Source of the DNA: an uncultured virus (IMG/VR IMGVR_UViG_3300006789_000016)
Lineage: Duplodnaviria; Heunggongvirae; Uroviricota; Caudoviricetes
DNA length: 64,000 nt
Reading direction: 5' to 3' (one strand)
Virus record (IMG/VR): IMGVR_UViG_3300006789_000016
Span: 1-64,000 of that record
Shown here one piece after another: positions 26,805-35,945 of this stretch (positions are counted from its first letter, which is position 1; each line of letters opens with the position of its first letter). A program made the translations under genes and the position numbers. Under the pieces are notes generated by a model, which saw only the letters and a list, made by a program, of their open reading frames with translations, was not told the origin of the DNA and did no database searches.

Positions 26805-28885
26805 CGACCAAGCCCTGGACTATTGAAGAAGACAATATCCTTCTGTCTCATTATGAGCCAGACCCAGGGAGTAAACCCCTGGGGATGGATGATGTTCTCG
26901 TCTCTTTACCCAGCCGAACTTACAAGGCTGTGTATTCTAGATATAAAAGAATCAAAGTGCTTCGAACAAAACTACAAGAGTGTGTTCCTAAAAGTCTCCC
27001 TACTATTAAGCTTCCTACAGAAGAAGAAAGGACAAAAGAAAATTGGGAAAAGTTAAAGAAATTCTTTAACGAAGAGGTCACAAAAAGTGCAAAACTAGAA
27101 CCAAGAGGCTTGGTTGATGGAGAGGTTAAAATCCTTTCTATGTCTGATTGGCATATTCCTTTTCATCGAGCTGAATTAGTGGAAGAAATTTTAGAAGAAC
27201 ATGGCGACGCCGATGCTGTTGTTGTTAATGGAGACTTCCTCGATATGTATGGAGTCTCTAGTTATACCAAACATAAGCACATTCCTCTTATGGATGAGTA
27301 TAAAATAGGGCTCGAGATGGTCGCTAGACTTTCAAGTATGTTCCCAAAGGTTTTTCTAACCAGAGGTAATCATGAGAATAGATTGTCTAGAATCATGCGT
27401 AGTCAACTACCATTAGAAACCAAGGGGTTTTTCGCAACCAATGTGACAGCAATGCTCGCGAATGGTATACTCATTGACAAAAATGGATTAGCTGGCGAAA
27501 GCCTTGACTTCCCGAATGTTTATCACGACCCACACCTACCTTGGGGATGCTTGATTGGGAAAACCCTCTTTGCTCACCCTCATCCTTTTAGAAAAGGGCC
27601 AGGGAGAACAGTAGAGTATGTCCATAAGCAGTTAGAGGGTGGTCACTTAGACTACGACGCAATCGTATTGGGTCATTGCTTTGATGCAGAAACAGAACTC
27701 TTGACAAAAGAAGGGTGGCAATCTATTGATAGCATTGATGAAAAACATCAAGCCGTTACATTCAATTTAGACACAGAAGAATTAGAATTTAATCATATCA
27801 AAGCCATATACAAATATAATGACTATGATAAGTTAATTCATTTTACAAACAAAGATGGACTAGAGATTGCCGTTACAGAAGACCATGGTATGGTCGGACG
27901 ATCGACCAATGCCTGTAATTGGCAGAAGAAGAAGGCAAAAAACTTTTTTAATAAAAAGTTCTATATCCCTGCAGCAGGAGAGGAAACCTCAACAAAGGAT
28001 GCTGGTATCTCCGATAATCTCCTTAGGCTTCTTGCTTGGGTAGTTACTGAAGGACACATTACTTGGACAAATAAAGATCAAACTAATGCCTATATTAGGA
28101 TTTCTCAATCACAAGACAAAAACGAATATGTAACTTATTTAGAAGAGCTTCTTCAAAAAGAAAACTTCTCCTATTCAAAAAGCCAGAGATATGTTGCCAA
28201 CTCTGTCAAACACAATCAGCATCGAAATTACGATGCATATCGTTTTGGACTTGGAGTAAAAGATACTCCACGTCTTATGAAATTCTTAACCAAAGACAAA
28301 GTATTTAAACAGTCTCTTCTTGGTCAGCTTTCTCTTCGGCAAAGGAAGCTTCTGATAGAAGAGCTATGTAAAGGAGATGGTAGTAAGTGTGGCTCAGAAT
28401 CTTGGAGAGCTTATTACACCAAAAACCCAGAACTTAAAGATCAATTTCAATATCTAGCAACCCTAGCTGGATATAGAACTAAGGCTTCCATAAGAGACGA
28501 TGGTGTTTTTGTTATCCATCTTAGTTACCAAAACGTACGACAAGTAACGAAAACAGAAGTGAAGCCTTATAGCGGAAAAGTGTTCTGTGTCTCCGTCCCT
28601 AATGGCACATTAGTTGCAAGAAGAAATGGAGTGGTCTTTGTTACTCAAAATACCCACCACTGTGCTAAGTATATTTATGAAGGCATGCTTCTTATGGAAC
28701 AAGGATGTCTTTCGGGACTTCATGGATACCAGACTTCTCCTAATTTAGGCTATAAGGCTCAAGTAAATGGGTACGCCGTAGTTTATCAAGATAAAGATGG
28801 AAATACAGACTACAACAAGAGTCGAGTATATTACCGTGGAATACAAAAAGCATACAAAACACATAGTGCTGTAGCAAAGGATTAA
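26801..28885 (+). CDS. Calcineurin-like metallophosphoesterase with N-terminal Myb-like HTH, containing an intein
   Basis: PWTIEEDNILL (Myb-like); SDWHIP, NGDFLD, GNHENR, FAHPH; the GH-TH motif is split by an intein. Confidence 0.85.
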   Translation: MTTKPWTIEEDNILLSHYEPDPGSKPLGMDDVLVSLPSRTYKAVYSRYKRIKVLRTKLQECVPKSLPTIKLPTEEERTKENWEKLKKFFNEEVTKSAKLEPRGLVDGEVKILSMSDWHIPFHRAELVEEILEEHGDADAVVVNGDFLDMYGVSSYTKHKHIPLMDEYKIGLEMVARLSSMFPKVFLTRGNHENRLSRIMRSQLPLETKGFFATNVTAMLANGILIDKNGLAGESLDFPNVYHDPHLPWGCLIGKTLFAHPHPFRKGPGRTVEYVHKQLEGGHLDYDAIVLGHCFDAETELLTKEGWQSIDSIDEKHQAVTFNLDTEELEFNHIKAIYKYNDYDKLIHFTNKDGLEIAVTEDHGMVGRSTNACNWQKKKAKNFFNKKFYIPAAGEETSTKDAGISDNLLRLLAWVVTEGHITWTNKDQTNAYIRISQSQDKNEYVTYLEELLQKENFSYSKSQRYVANSVKHNQHRNYDAYRFGLGVKDTPRLMKFLTKDKVFKQSLLGQLSLRQRKLLIEELCKGDGSKCGSESWRAYYTKNPELKDQFQYLATLAGYRTKASIRDDGVFVIHLSYQNVRQVTKTEVKPYSGKVFCVSVPNGTLVARRNGVVFVTQNTHHCAKYIYEGMLLMEQGCLSGLHGYQTSPNLGYKAQVNGYAVVYQDKDGNTDYNKSRVYYRGIQKAYKTHSAVAKD
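27677..28651 (+). mobile_element. Intein with LAGLIDADG homing endonuclease (325 aa)
   Basis: Starts CFDAETELLTKEGW; block B VTEDHGM; LAGLIDADG-like LLAWVVTEG and LIEELCKGDG; ends VFCVSVPNGTLVARRNGVVFVTQN followed by Thr. Confidence 0.9.
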
Positions 28886-29215
28886 ATGACACCACAAGAA
28901 AAACTAGAAGAGTTAATGGCCAAAGCCAATAATGGCGGAGGCCTTTCTTTAGAACAAATTGCACACATGACAAATGGCAATTACCTTGCAATCGAAGAGC
29001 TACAAAGTGCCTTTCAAAGTATGGCTCGAGATATGCTCATGATCTTAACTAATGCCCAGGGCATGCAGAAGATTCTTATCGACAAAGAATTTACCACAGA
29101 AGAAGAACTGAATAATACAATTACAAAAGTTCAGCTTGCTCTTGAAGAGGAGTGGAAAACAAAAAGACAAGAAAAAGAGACTACAGTAATAGATGATAGT
29201 GACCTGGAACTATAA
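28886..29215 (+). CDS. Hypothetical protein
   Basis: Operon coupling; AAGGA RBS. Confidence 0.55.
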   Translation: MTPQEKLEELMAKANNGGGLSLEQIAHMTNGNYLAIEELQSAFQSMARDMLMILTNAQGMQKILIDKEFTTEEELNNTITKVQLALEEEWKTKRQEKETTVIDDSDLEL

Positions 29216-30432
29216 TGAAAGCATGGGAAGCACTAGACAAAGCAATTACAGAAGTTGATCCACTAAAAGAATGCAGAACTATTAACCTTTACCCAAGTGA
29301 GGCAAGTTTGATAGATCCTACGACAAACAAAGCCGCTGGCGGGTGTGTTCGTAAGGGTTGGCTTCGTTTTAAAACTGCTATAGATCAAAATAATAAACCA
29401 AAAGATATTCATGCAAAGAAAGCAAGTCTAGATGTTCATGGTGAACCCTTAAACATTGTTGTTTCACATCATACTCCAAGATCAGAATGGATTTTTAAAG
29501 CAGGTAATACTTTTGAAAGCATGATTATCCAAGTAGCAAGACGTGGAGGTATCCTCCACTCAGGTCACAAACGTTTTAAGATCCCTGTTAAACATGATCT
29601 ATTCTTGGCTGGTGAAGTTGACGCTGTCTTTCGAGATGGCTCCACGTTGGTTGGGATTGAAATTAAATCTACTCATGGCTATATGGCCGAAAAGAAAATT
29701 ATCCATCCCAAATATGGAGAGCCAAAGCTAGAGCACTTGCTTCAAACAGCACTTTATGCCTGGTATTATCGAGATCAAATTCCATACTTTCAACTTCTCT
29801 ATATTTTAAGAGGGAAGCTCCAAAGAAGAGAGTTTAAAATCTCAATTCATGAATTAGATGATGGCGACTTCGGAATCAAGGTCGACGACATGAGAACACC
29901 CTATCGTATATCTCATGTTCTTGATCGATATACAGAATTGGCTGAATATATTCACGAAAACTATCTCCCTCCAAGAGACTTTGAACTCATCTTTGATGAT
30001 GATCAAATGAATGAGCTTAACGATAACAATGAGTTAGGCAAAACACTTGGATCTGCTTGGGAAAAGTATTGGGATAGAAAGGTCAATGGTGGCCGAAAGG
30101 TTCAACGACCAGAAAAGGGACACTTCCAATGTTCTTACTGTCAATTCAAAGATGTTTGTTACAAGAAAGATGGGACTCCATACGATATGACAAAATACAT
30201 GAATCCAAAAGATACAAATATAATGTCTCTTGAGTCAATTGCAGCTGACACTGTTTGGGATGTAGTAAAATTCTATCAATTAACATGGCCGTTTAAAGAA
30301 ACACTCATGGAAAGAATGAACGTAGATACGGTTGAAGAAGCTGCAGAACTCTTCAATCAGGACCAAAAGAAGTGGATACAAGATTCAGAGCTTGAGCAAT
30401 TCTCCCTAATAATGCGTAAGTATAGAGAATAA
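29215..30432 (+). CDS. Cas4-like PD-(D/E)XK exonuclease with probable Fe-S cluster
   Basis: YPSEA...GCVRK, GNTFE, GEVDAV...IEIKS, QTALY, C-terminal CSYCQFKDVC. Confidence 0.8.
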   Translation: MKAWEALDKAITEVDPLKECRTINLYPSEASLIDPTTNKAAGGCVRKGWLRFKTAIDQNNKPKDIHAKKASLDVHGEPLNIVVSHHTPRSEWIFKAGNTFESMIIQVARRGGILHSGHKRFKIPVKHDLFLAGEVDAVFRDGSTLVGIEIKSTHGYMAEKKIIHPKYGEPKLEHLLQTALYAWYYRDQIPYFQLLYILRGKLQRREFKISIHELDDGDFGIKVDDMRTPYRISHVLDRYTELAEYIHENYLPPRDFELIFDDDQMNELNDNNELGKTLGSAWEKYWDRKVNGGRKVQRPEKGHFQCSYCQFKDVCYKKDGTPYDMTKYMNPKDTNIMSLESIAADTVWDVVKFYQLTWPFKETLMERMNVDTVEEAAELFNQDQKKWIQDSELEQFSLIMRKYRE

Positions 30433-30938
30433 TGTCTAAGCTTCATGGTCTATTCCTCGACAGGGATGGGGTTCTTAATGTGAATACACATTACCCTCAC
30501 CTTGTCGAGGATCTTTACATTCCCGATGGTGTTTTTGAGGCCTGTACTTTATTAAAGTATTATCAAAATAAAATTCGACCAATAGTAGTGACCAATCAAA
30601 GTGGTGTTGGGCGTGGGCTTTATACTAAAGCAGAATGTTTAGAATTTGAAGAGCACCTTGCTAATGAAATCTATATACATTCTGGACTTAATATACCTAA
30701 AGAAAACTGGTACCACGCATGGGACACTGCCTCTCCTGACTATAAACCTTCTCCCAACATGATTCTACAGGGTATGAAAGATCATAACTTAAAACCCAAA
30801 AACTGTGTGCTCATTGGAGACAAACAGACTGATGTTGACGCCGCGATGGCAGCAGAACTTAGTCTTGGCTATCTCATTTACACCAATAATGGTGAACACT
30901 TCCTTGAAGCTGTAATGGAAACTTTATTAAAATTATGA
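30432..30938 (+). CDS. gmhB: GmhB-like heptose-1,7-bisphosphate phosphatase (HAD IIIA)
   Basis: LFLDRDGVLN, VVTNQSGVGRG, KPSPNMI, IGDKQTDVDAA; the zinc-binding Cys cluster is absent. Confidence 0.75.
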   Translation: MSKLHGLFLDRDGVLNVNTHYPHLVEDLYIPDGVFEACTLLKYYQNKIRPIVVTNQSGVGRGLYTKAECLEFEEHLANEIYIHSGLNIPKENWYHAWDTASPDYKPSPNMILQGMKDHNLKPKNCVLIGDKQTDVDAAMAAELSLGYLIYTNNGEHFLEAVMETLLKL

Positions 30939-31195
30939 ACAAAGGACTCCTCTGGTCTCAAATAGCCAGTCATATAGAATCATCTATAGCCCCCGCTCTC
31001 GCAACACATCAAGGCTCTTGCGAATTAAAAGATATTGAATTAACAAAAGACGAAGATCTTGTTGTTTATATTCAATACCAAGGAGCTTGTAATGGCTGTG
31101 CTTATTCAGAGACAACTACATTATCTATGATTCAAAATCTCCTTAGAGAAGAACTCAATGATCCAAGAATAGTTGTAGAGAAATGGAATGAGTAA
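30935..31195 (+). CDS. NifU/NfuA C-terminal Fe-S scaffold domain protein
   Basis: IAPALATHQGSCEL...YQGACNGCAYSETTTLSMIQNLLRE. Confidence 0.85.
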   Translation: MNKGLLWSQIASHIESSIAPALATHQGSCELKDIELTKDEDLVVYIQYQGACNGCAYSETTTLSMIQNLLREELNDPRIVVEKWNE

Positions 31196-31394
31196 GCAAA
31201 AGAAAAGCAGCTGGGAGAATATAGAGATTCTCGAGCTGGGTGGTTTTATTATTGAATACGACAAGTCTGACAATACACTTACAGTAAATACAAAGTTTGA
31301 ATGCGAGGTAGATTGCATTCATTTGAGTAACTTTATTGAAGAAATAGATGAATGCAAAACCGTCATAATTAAAGGGCCAGAATGGAACGAATAG
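31188..31394 (+). CDS. Hypothetical protein
   Basis: Operon packing. Confidence 0.45.
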   Translation: MSKQKKSSWENIEILELGGFIIEYDKSDNTLTVNTKFECEVDCIHLSNFIEEIDECKTVIIKGPEWNE

Positions 31395-31756
31395 TTACAA
31401 AACACTGGTATATCCAACTTCGTATAGCAACAGGAACACAGAAAAAGAAATGTCTTTATGCTGGAGAGGGTTGTTGTAATACAGTAACAAAACAAAGAAC
31501 AGTTCCCACTGGTAGTCATTGGACCTGTACAAATGGAAGGTGGAAACGGTCTAACACAAAGAAAGAAAAAAGAACTTACCATTCTACAGTTAAAGGAACC
31601 AAGCTTTTATGCTTTAGTATAAAGCATAAACATCATCTTGTATGCACAGCTTGTTGGCCTAGATTGATTAAAGAATTAGCAATGATGCCAACTCAAGTAA
31701 CAGAATTTGATTATGAATTAATGATGAAAGGACTAACAGATGAGCATAACGAATAA
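31382..31756 (+). CDS. Cys-rich basic protein, paralogue 1 (group B tail)
   Basis: KCLYAGEGCCNT...KGTKLL...VCTACWPRLIKEL...FDYELMM. Confidence 0.6.
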   Translation: MERIVTKHWYIQLRIATGTQKKKCLYAGEGCCNTVTKQRTVPTGSHWTCTNGRWKRSNTKKEKRTYHSTVKGTKLLCFSIKHKHHLVCTACWPRLIKELAMMPTQVTEFDYELMMKGLTDEHNE

Positions 31757-32141
31757 TAGACTATGTGTTAAAACCTTTACGGTGAATAATAAGCTTCATA
31801 AATGTGACTATGTAGAAAAGGGTTGTGTTAATACAGAGATCATAACCAAGAAAGTACCAATTAGAAAAAGAGTACAGAAACAATACAAAAAAGGATACAC
31901 TCGTTGGGGTCAAAGCCGGTATTGGACGTGGAAAACTACAGGCCACAACAAGGTTAAAAAACATTACACTAGAAAAGGCACTATGCTCTTTCAATTAAAA
32001 ACAGGTTCTTACGGTGGATATAATATTCTTAAAGTATGTCCTGACTGTTGGCCCAGGGCTATCCAAGAGATACAGGACCTGCCTTCAATTGACTTCCAAT
32101 ACACTACGACAATGAAGGAATTTGCAAGTGGCGAAGAATGA
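31740..32141 (+). CDS. Cys-rich basic protein, paralogue 2 (group B tail)
   Basis: KCDYVEKGCVNT...KGTMLF...VCPDCWPRAIQEI...IDFQYTTTM. Confidence 0.6.
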   Translation: MSITNNRLCVKTFTVNNKLHKCDYVEKGCVNTEIITKKVPIRKRVQKQYKKGYTRWGQSRYWTWKTTGHNKVKKHYTRKGTMLFQLKTGSYGGYNILKVCPDCWPRAIQEIQDLPSIDFQYTTTMKEFASGEE

Positions 32142-32454
32142 TATATTTCGTGAAGAGGACTGGGAGCTTATAAGAACTGAAAGGGAATGGATCGACCGCT
32201 GGAATAAAGTTGGCGGCGAGAACAAAAAACGCTCCCGATCTGATGTAGACTGGCCTCAAAGCTATCCTGTTCTTGTTTGGTTTCAAAGAGAATATGATGA
32301 ATATTTTGATGAGGGTTGGGCGTGGCCCAATTTCTTTTATCCTCTCAATCATATATGCACTAACTGCCAACATACAGAACCCATCTGGCCAGAAACTGGC
32401 GACGATAATATAGATTATGAATTATTAATGGAGAAAACAAATGAGATTAAGTAA
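32122..32454 (+). CDS. Hypothetical protein (group B tail)
   Basis: CTNC motif; ends NIDYELLMEK. Confidence 0.55.
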   Translation: MQVAKNDIFREEDWELIRTEREWIDRWNKVGGENKKRSRSDVDWPQSYPVLVWFQREYDEYFDEGWAWPNFFYPLNHICTNCQHTEPIWPETGDDNIDYELLMEKTNEIK

Positions 32455-32734
32455 ATGGAAAATAGGCGATATTGTAATCGCAAGAAAACTTATAACTGAA
32501 GATGGTACTTCTCAGGGCGATCATAATGCTTCTTTCCCTGCCCCCAATTACATTCATGCATGTAAGAGTGATCGAGGTGCTGTTGTGGGCATTCATGACG
32601 AAATACCAACTGTTCGTTTTCAAAAGACTAAAACTGCTACTATTGTCAGAGATGACGAAATAAAGTATATCGGATTTAACTCTAAAAATAAAGCGTCAGA
32701 TGCTTTCATGAACCCTTCATATAAAACAAAGTAA
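32441..32734 (+). CDS. SH3-like small protein, possibly NifZ-like
   Basis: WKIGDIVIARKLITEDGT...KSDRGAVVGI recalls the NifZ pattern G.RV...R.IRNDGT...G..G.V. Confidence 0.4.
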   Translation: MRLSKWKIGDIVIARKLITEDGTSQGDHNASFPAPNYIHACKSDRGAVVGIHDEIPTVRFQKTKTATIVRDDEIKYIGFNSKNKASDAFMNPSYKTK

Positions 32735-32737
32735 AAT

Positions 32738-32956
32738 ATGAAACGAATAGCAATAGCTGACATTCTCCTAGAGTCTGGAGAGACAGAAGTATCTCTCGAC
32801 CTTAGAGAACACATGAATTCATTTGAAAAAGCAAATCCTGATAAAACTCTTCACCCCTCTACTCTTAAGTTAATCACACACCCTGTTTCTGATGGAAATT
32901 TTAGATTAATCTTATCTGTAGGCTATACACAGTATGGGGAAAAATATGTTAGGTAA
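32738..32956 (+). CDS. Hypothetical protein
   Basis: Operon packing. Confidence 0.45.
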   Translation: MKRIAIADILLESGETEVSLDLREHMNSFEKANPDKTLHPSTLKLITHPVSDGNFRLILSVGYTQYGEKYVR

Positions 32957-33013
32957 ATTAAATTTAAACACAGATTTAGGACGAACAACTTATCCGCCGT
33001 CCCTGTATTATAA

Positions 33014-33283
33014 ATGAAAAAGAAACAAAAAGTAACCAAAACATATTATGTATTTACTAACAAAAACCAAACAAAGTTTATAGAAGAAATCAAAGACGAA
33101 TGGAATGACGATGTCTGTCCGTCCTATTTGCCAACAGAAGACATTCTTAAGGCCTACAGGGCAACCGCAAATGAACTCAAAGAAATAGGATGGCATTCAA
33201 ATGTTGGTAATATTAAAACAAATTGGCCAAGTTACAAACCAATGAAAATTAAATATACTCGTATAATTGAGGTGGAATATTAA
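33014..33283 (+). CDS. Hypothetical protein
   Basis: Overlaps the thyX start. Confidence 0.45.
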   Translation: MKKKQKVTKTYYVFTNKNQTKFIEEIKDEWNDDVCPSYLPTEDILKAYRATANELKEIGWHSNVGNIKTNWPSYKPMKIKYTRIIEVEY

Positions 33284-34154
33284 AATTAACATACTAGACG
33301 ATGGCTTTGTTCGTCTTGTTGACAGTATGGGGACAGATTCTTCTATAGTTAGGAGTGCTCGTGTTTCCTATGGTGACGGAACAAAGAGTAAAAGAGAAGA
33401 CGAAGGGCTAATTAGATACCTCATGCGTCATAAACACTTCTCTCCATTCGCCTCCTGTCAAGTTCAGCTTCATTTAAGACTTCCCATTTATGTACATAAC
33501 CAGCTGGTACGTCATGATCGAGTCCACTGGAATATGCTAAGTGGAAGATACTCTGTAATGCCAGATGAGAAGTGGATATGTCAGGAATGGAAAGGCCAAT
33601 CCGACCATAATAAACAAGTCGGAGACAAGGGTCTGGATGGCACTGTGACAACTGATCACCCCAAAGCTATAGCCCTGGGTCTAGAGCCAGAACAAGGCCT
33701 CCAAGAGGGCTTGCAGGACCTACAGAAAGCTGCTTATGAAGAGTCTCAAGAACACTACGAAGCTCTTCTAGAATTAGGAGCTAGTAGAGAAAAAGCGCGA
33801 TCAGTATTACCCATGGGGCAATATACTGAAGGCTATATGACTGCTAACCTTGGGGACCTTATGCTTATCCTCTCACAAAGAATGCATCCCCATGCTCAAG
33901 AAGAAACTCAAGAATATGCTAAGGCTATCTTTACTATTCTTTCAGATTTGTTTCCTGTTTCTATGCAAGCATTCGAAGACTACCAATTAAATTCTATTTC
34001 TTTAAGTGGTTATGAGATACAGTTGATTACAAGGGCCTTTAAAATAAGATATGAGGATGACATAGAGGGGCTTAAGAAAATAATGGACACGATGGGGTTT
34101 CCTAAAAACAAAAGAGAGCGGGGTGAGTTCCTGAAAAAGATGGAGTTAATATGA
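33267..34154 (+). CDS. thyX: Flavin-dependent thymidylate synthase
   Basis: GFVRLVDSMGTD..IVRSARVSY, LIRYLMRHKHFSPF, QLVRHDRVHWNMLSGRY, REKARSVLP, HAQEE. Confidence 0.88.
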   Translation: MRWNIKINILDDGFVRLVDSMGTDSSIVRSARVSYGDGTKSKREDEGLIRYLMRHKHFSPFASCQVQLHLRLPIYVHNQLVRHDRVHWNMLSGRYSVMPDEKWICQEWKGQSDHNKQVGDKGLDGTVTTDHPKAIALGLEPEQGLQEGLQDLQKAAYEESQEHYEALLELGASREKARSVLPMGQYTEGYMTANLGDLMLILSQRMHPHAQEETQEYAKAIFTILSDLFPVSMQAFEDYQLNSISLSGYEIQLITRAFKIRYEDDIEGLKKIMDTMGFPKNKRERGEFLKKMELI

Positions 34155-34366
34155 CGACAAAACAGAAAAAGATTATTGACGAGGCTGTTTCTAGAGTAGC
34201 CTCTATGATTGTAGCTACCAATCATTGTGGACACGGATCTCTAGAGGATTTATCTTGTGCAATGTATTCTCTTCAGGATTATTTAGGAAATATAGATTGC
34301 AATGAAGAAGGCCTTACTCTTCCTGGCCAAGAAACACAATCAATTACAGATCTTTGGGAATATTAA
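34151..34366 (+). CDS. Hypothetical protein
   Basis: ATGA overlap; GGAG RBS. Confidence 0.45.
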   Translation: MTTKQKKIIDEAVSRVASMIVATNHCGHGSLEDLSCAMYSLQDYLGNIDCNEEGLTLPGQETQSITDLWEY

Positions 34367-34497
34367 AATGAACTGGTTAAGGGATAAGCTAGCAGAAATC
34401 CTACATAATTGTATTGCGCATCCACTCATGCCTTTCCTTCCTCGAAAGTGGGGTAATTTTCTCCATGATTGGACTCTAAAATTCTGGCCACCTTATC

Positions 34498-34737
34498 ATG
34501 GAGACCATGATGAGTGATCCAGTCAATCATCCCGACCACTATAAAAAAGGTGGACTAGAATGCATAGATGTAATCGAGGGCCTGGGGCTTGGGTATCATT
34601 TAGGAAATGCCCTTAAATATATGTGGAGAGCAGGAGATAAAGACCCATCTAAATACGTAGAAGATTTAGAGAAATGTATTTGGTTTATACGGAGGCGCAT
34701 TGAGTATTACGAAAAAACGCATTCTAGTGATAGGTGA
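34498..34737 (+). CDS. DUF3310-family phage protein
   Basis: DPVNHPDHY..GGLECIDVI...GNALKYMWRAG.K...EDLEKC.WFI. Confidence 0.85.
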   Translation: METMMSDPVNHPDHYKKGGLECIDVIEGLGLGYHLGNALKYMWRAGDKDPSKYVEDLEKCIWFIRRRIEYYEKTHSSDR

Positions 34738-35548
34738 TGGGATACAAGACACCTATCATACAGGAGATATCCTAGGTATTGCTAACGAAGACCCTGCATT
34801 AAAATTTAGACCAACAGGAATGGTAACAAAAAAGGGTGGAGCCGCATACTGTCAAGCACTTCTTCAATCGTTTCTGCCTGACTATGAGATAGAGCTATTC
34901 TTAACTAGCCATTCTCACATTCAACGCTTTGTTGATAACAAATACAAAAGAGTTGTTCTTACTGTAGATACAGAACCAGTAGAAAAGTATCCGTATGAGG
35001 TTATTGCAAATCATGCGTTGGAAAGATTTGTAAAGTCTTGGGACCCTAGTGTTCTTTATATATGGGACGACGACAGAACTCCATCTTTACCCTCTTGGGT
35101 TTTTCGACTTTCGGGACTAGATGCTCTTCCCGTTCGAGGAATTTATTTAGACTCTTCTAGGAAAAATACTTTGGGTTACCCTGTAGTTAGTTATAGAAAA
35201 GCCTCAGAAACTGAGAATATATTACCTCAGCAAAATGACCATCTTTTAATTACAACAAGTGCCTCCAAGGTAGAAATCATTAATGCATGGGCTCTAAATC
35301 CTTTCGCACGCAAAGGAACCTTAAGGCCTATCGATTACTTAGTTCCTAAATCAAATAAAATTGTCGACACATGTGGTGCAGGAGACACATTTTTCACTGC
35401 CTTCTGTGCAGCCAAAGAACAAGGAAAAGAGTTAGAAGAAGCTATTCATTATGCTATCAGTGCAGCCTCTTTGAGTATTGAACACAATGGCTGTTTCCTC
35501 CCATCCTTACAAGAAATAGAGGATAGACAATTAGAATATTATGGTTAA
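34700..35548 (+). CDS. RfaE domain I / HldA-like heptose-7-phosphate kinase (PfkB family)
   Basis: RILVIGDGIQDTY..G...I.NEDP...GGAA (cf. HldE VGD.MLD.Y..G...RISPEAP...GGAAN); PfkB signature VDTCGAGDTF. Confidence 0.75.
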   Translation: MSITKKRILVIGDGIQDTYHTGDILGIANEDPALKFRPTGMVTKKGGAAYCQALLQSFLPDYEIELFLTSHSHIQRFVDNKYKRVVLTVDTEPVEKYPYEVIANHALERFVKSWDPSVLYIWDDDRTPSLPSWVFRLSGLDALPVRGIYLDSSRKNTLGYPVVSYRKASETENILPQQNDHLLITTSASKVEIINAWALNPFARKGTLRPIDYLVPKSNKIVDTCGAGDTFFTAFCAAKEQGKELEEAIHYAISAASLSIEHNGCFLPSLQEIEDRQLEYYG

Positions 35549-35945
35549 AGTAGTTATGACAGATAAAAAAACAGACCCTTCATATGTTCAGCGCTTTGAA
35601 AAAACAAAAAATGTTCCCAAAAGATGGGGTTATGAATTATGGATAGCCAATTCCCACCTATATTGTGGAAAGCAATTAAACATATTCCCCCTATGTCAAA
35701 CCTCCTTGCATTTTCATGTAAATAAAACAGAACACATTTATGTTTCTTCAGGAACTATGACTCTTGAAGTAGCAAAAAAGGATGGTTCTGGCTTACAGAT
35801 TACAAGATTAAAACCAGGTGATTCAGTAATTGTCACTCCTGGACTAATGCATAGACTTAAAAATGAAAACAGTACTGAAGACCTAGTTCTTATGGAATTC
35901 AGCACACAACACTTTGATGAAGATAGTTATAGAGTACAAACATGA
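35541..35945 (+). CDS. Cupin-fold sugar-phosphate isomerase-like protein
   Basis: PKRWGYELWI, SLHFHVNKTEH, PGLMHRL, EFSTQHFDEDSYR. Confidence 0.75.
   Translation: MVKVVMTDKKTDPSYVQRFEKTKNVPKRWGYELWIANSHLYCGKQLNIFPLCQTSLHFHVNKTEHIYVSSGTMTLEVAKKDGSGLQITRLKPGDSVIVTPGLMHRLKNENSTEDLVLMEFSTQHFDEDSYRVQT

Noticed and set aside
29215..30432. Cas4-like gene as evidence of a CRISPR-Cas locus
   Set aside because: No cas1, cas2, effector genes or array were seen; solo Cas4-like nucleases are common in phage replication modules.
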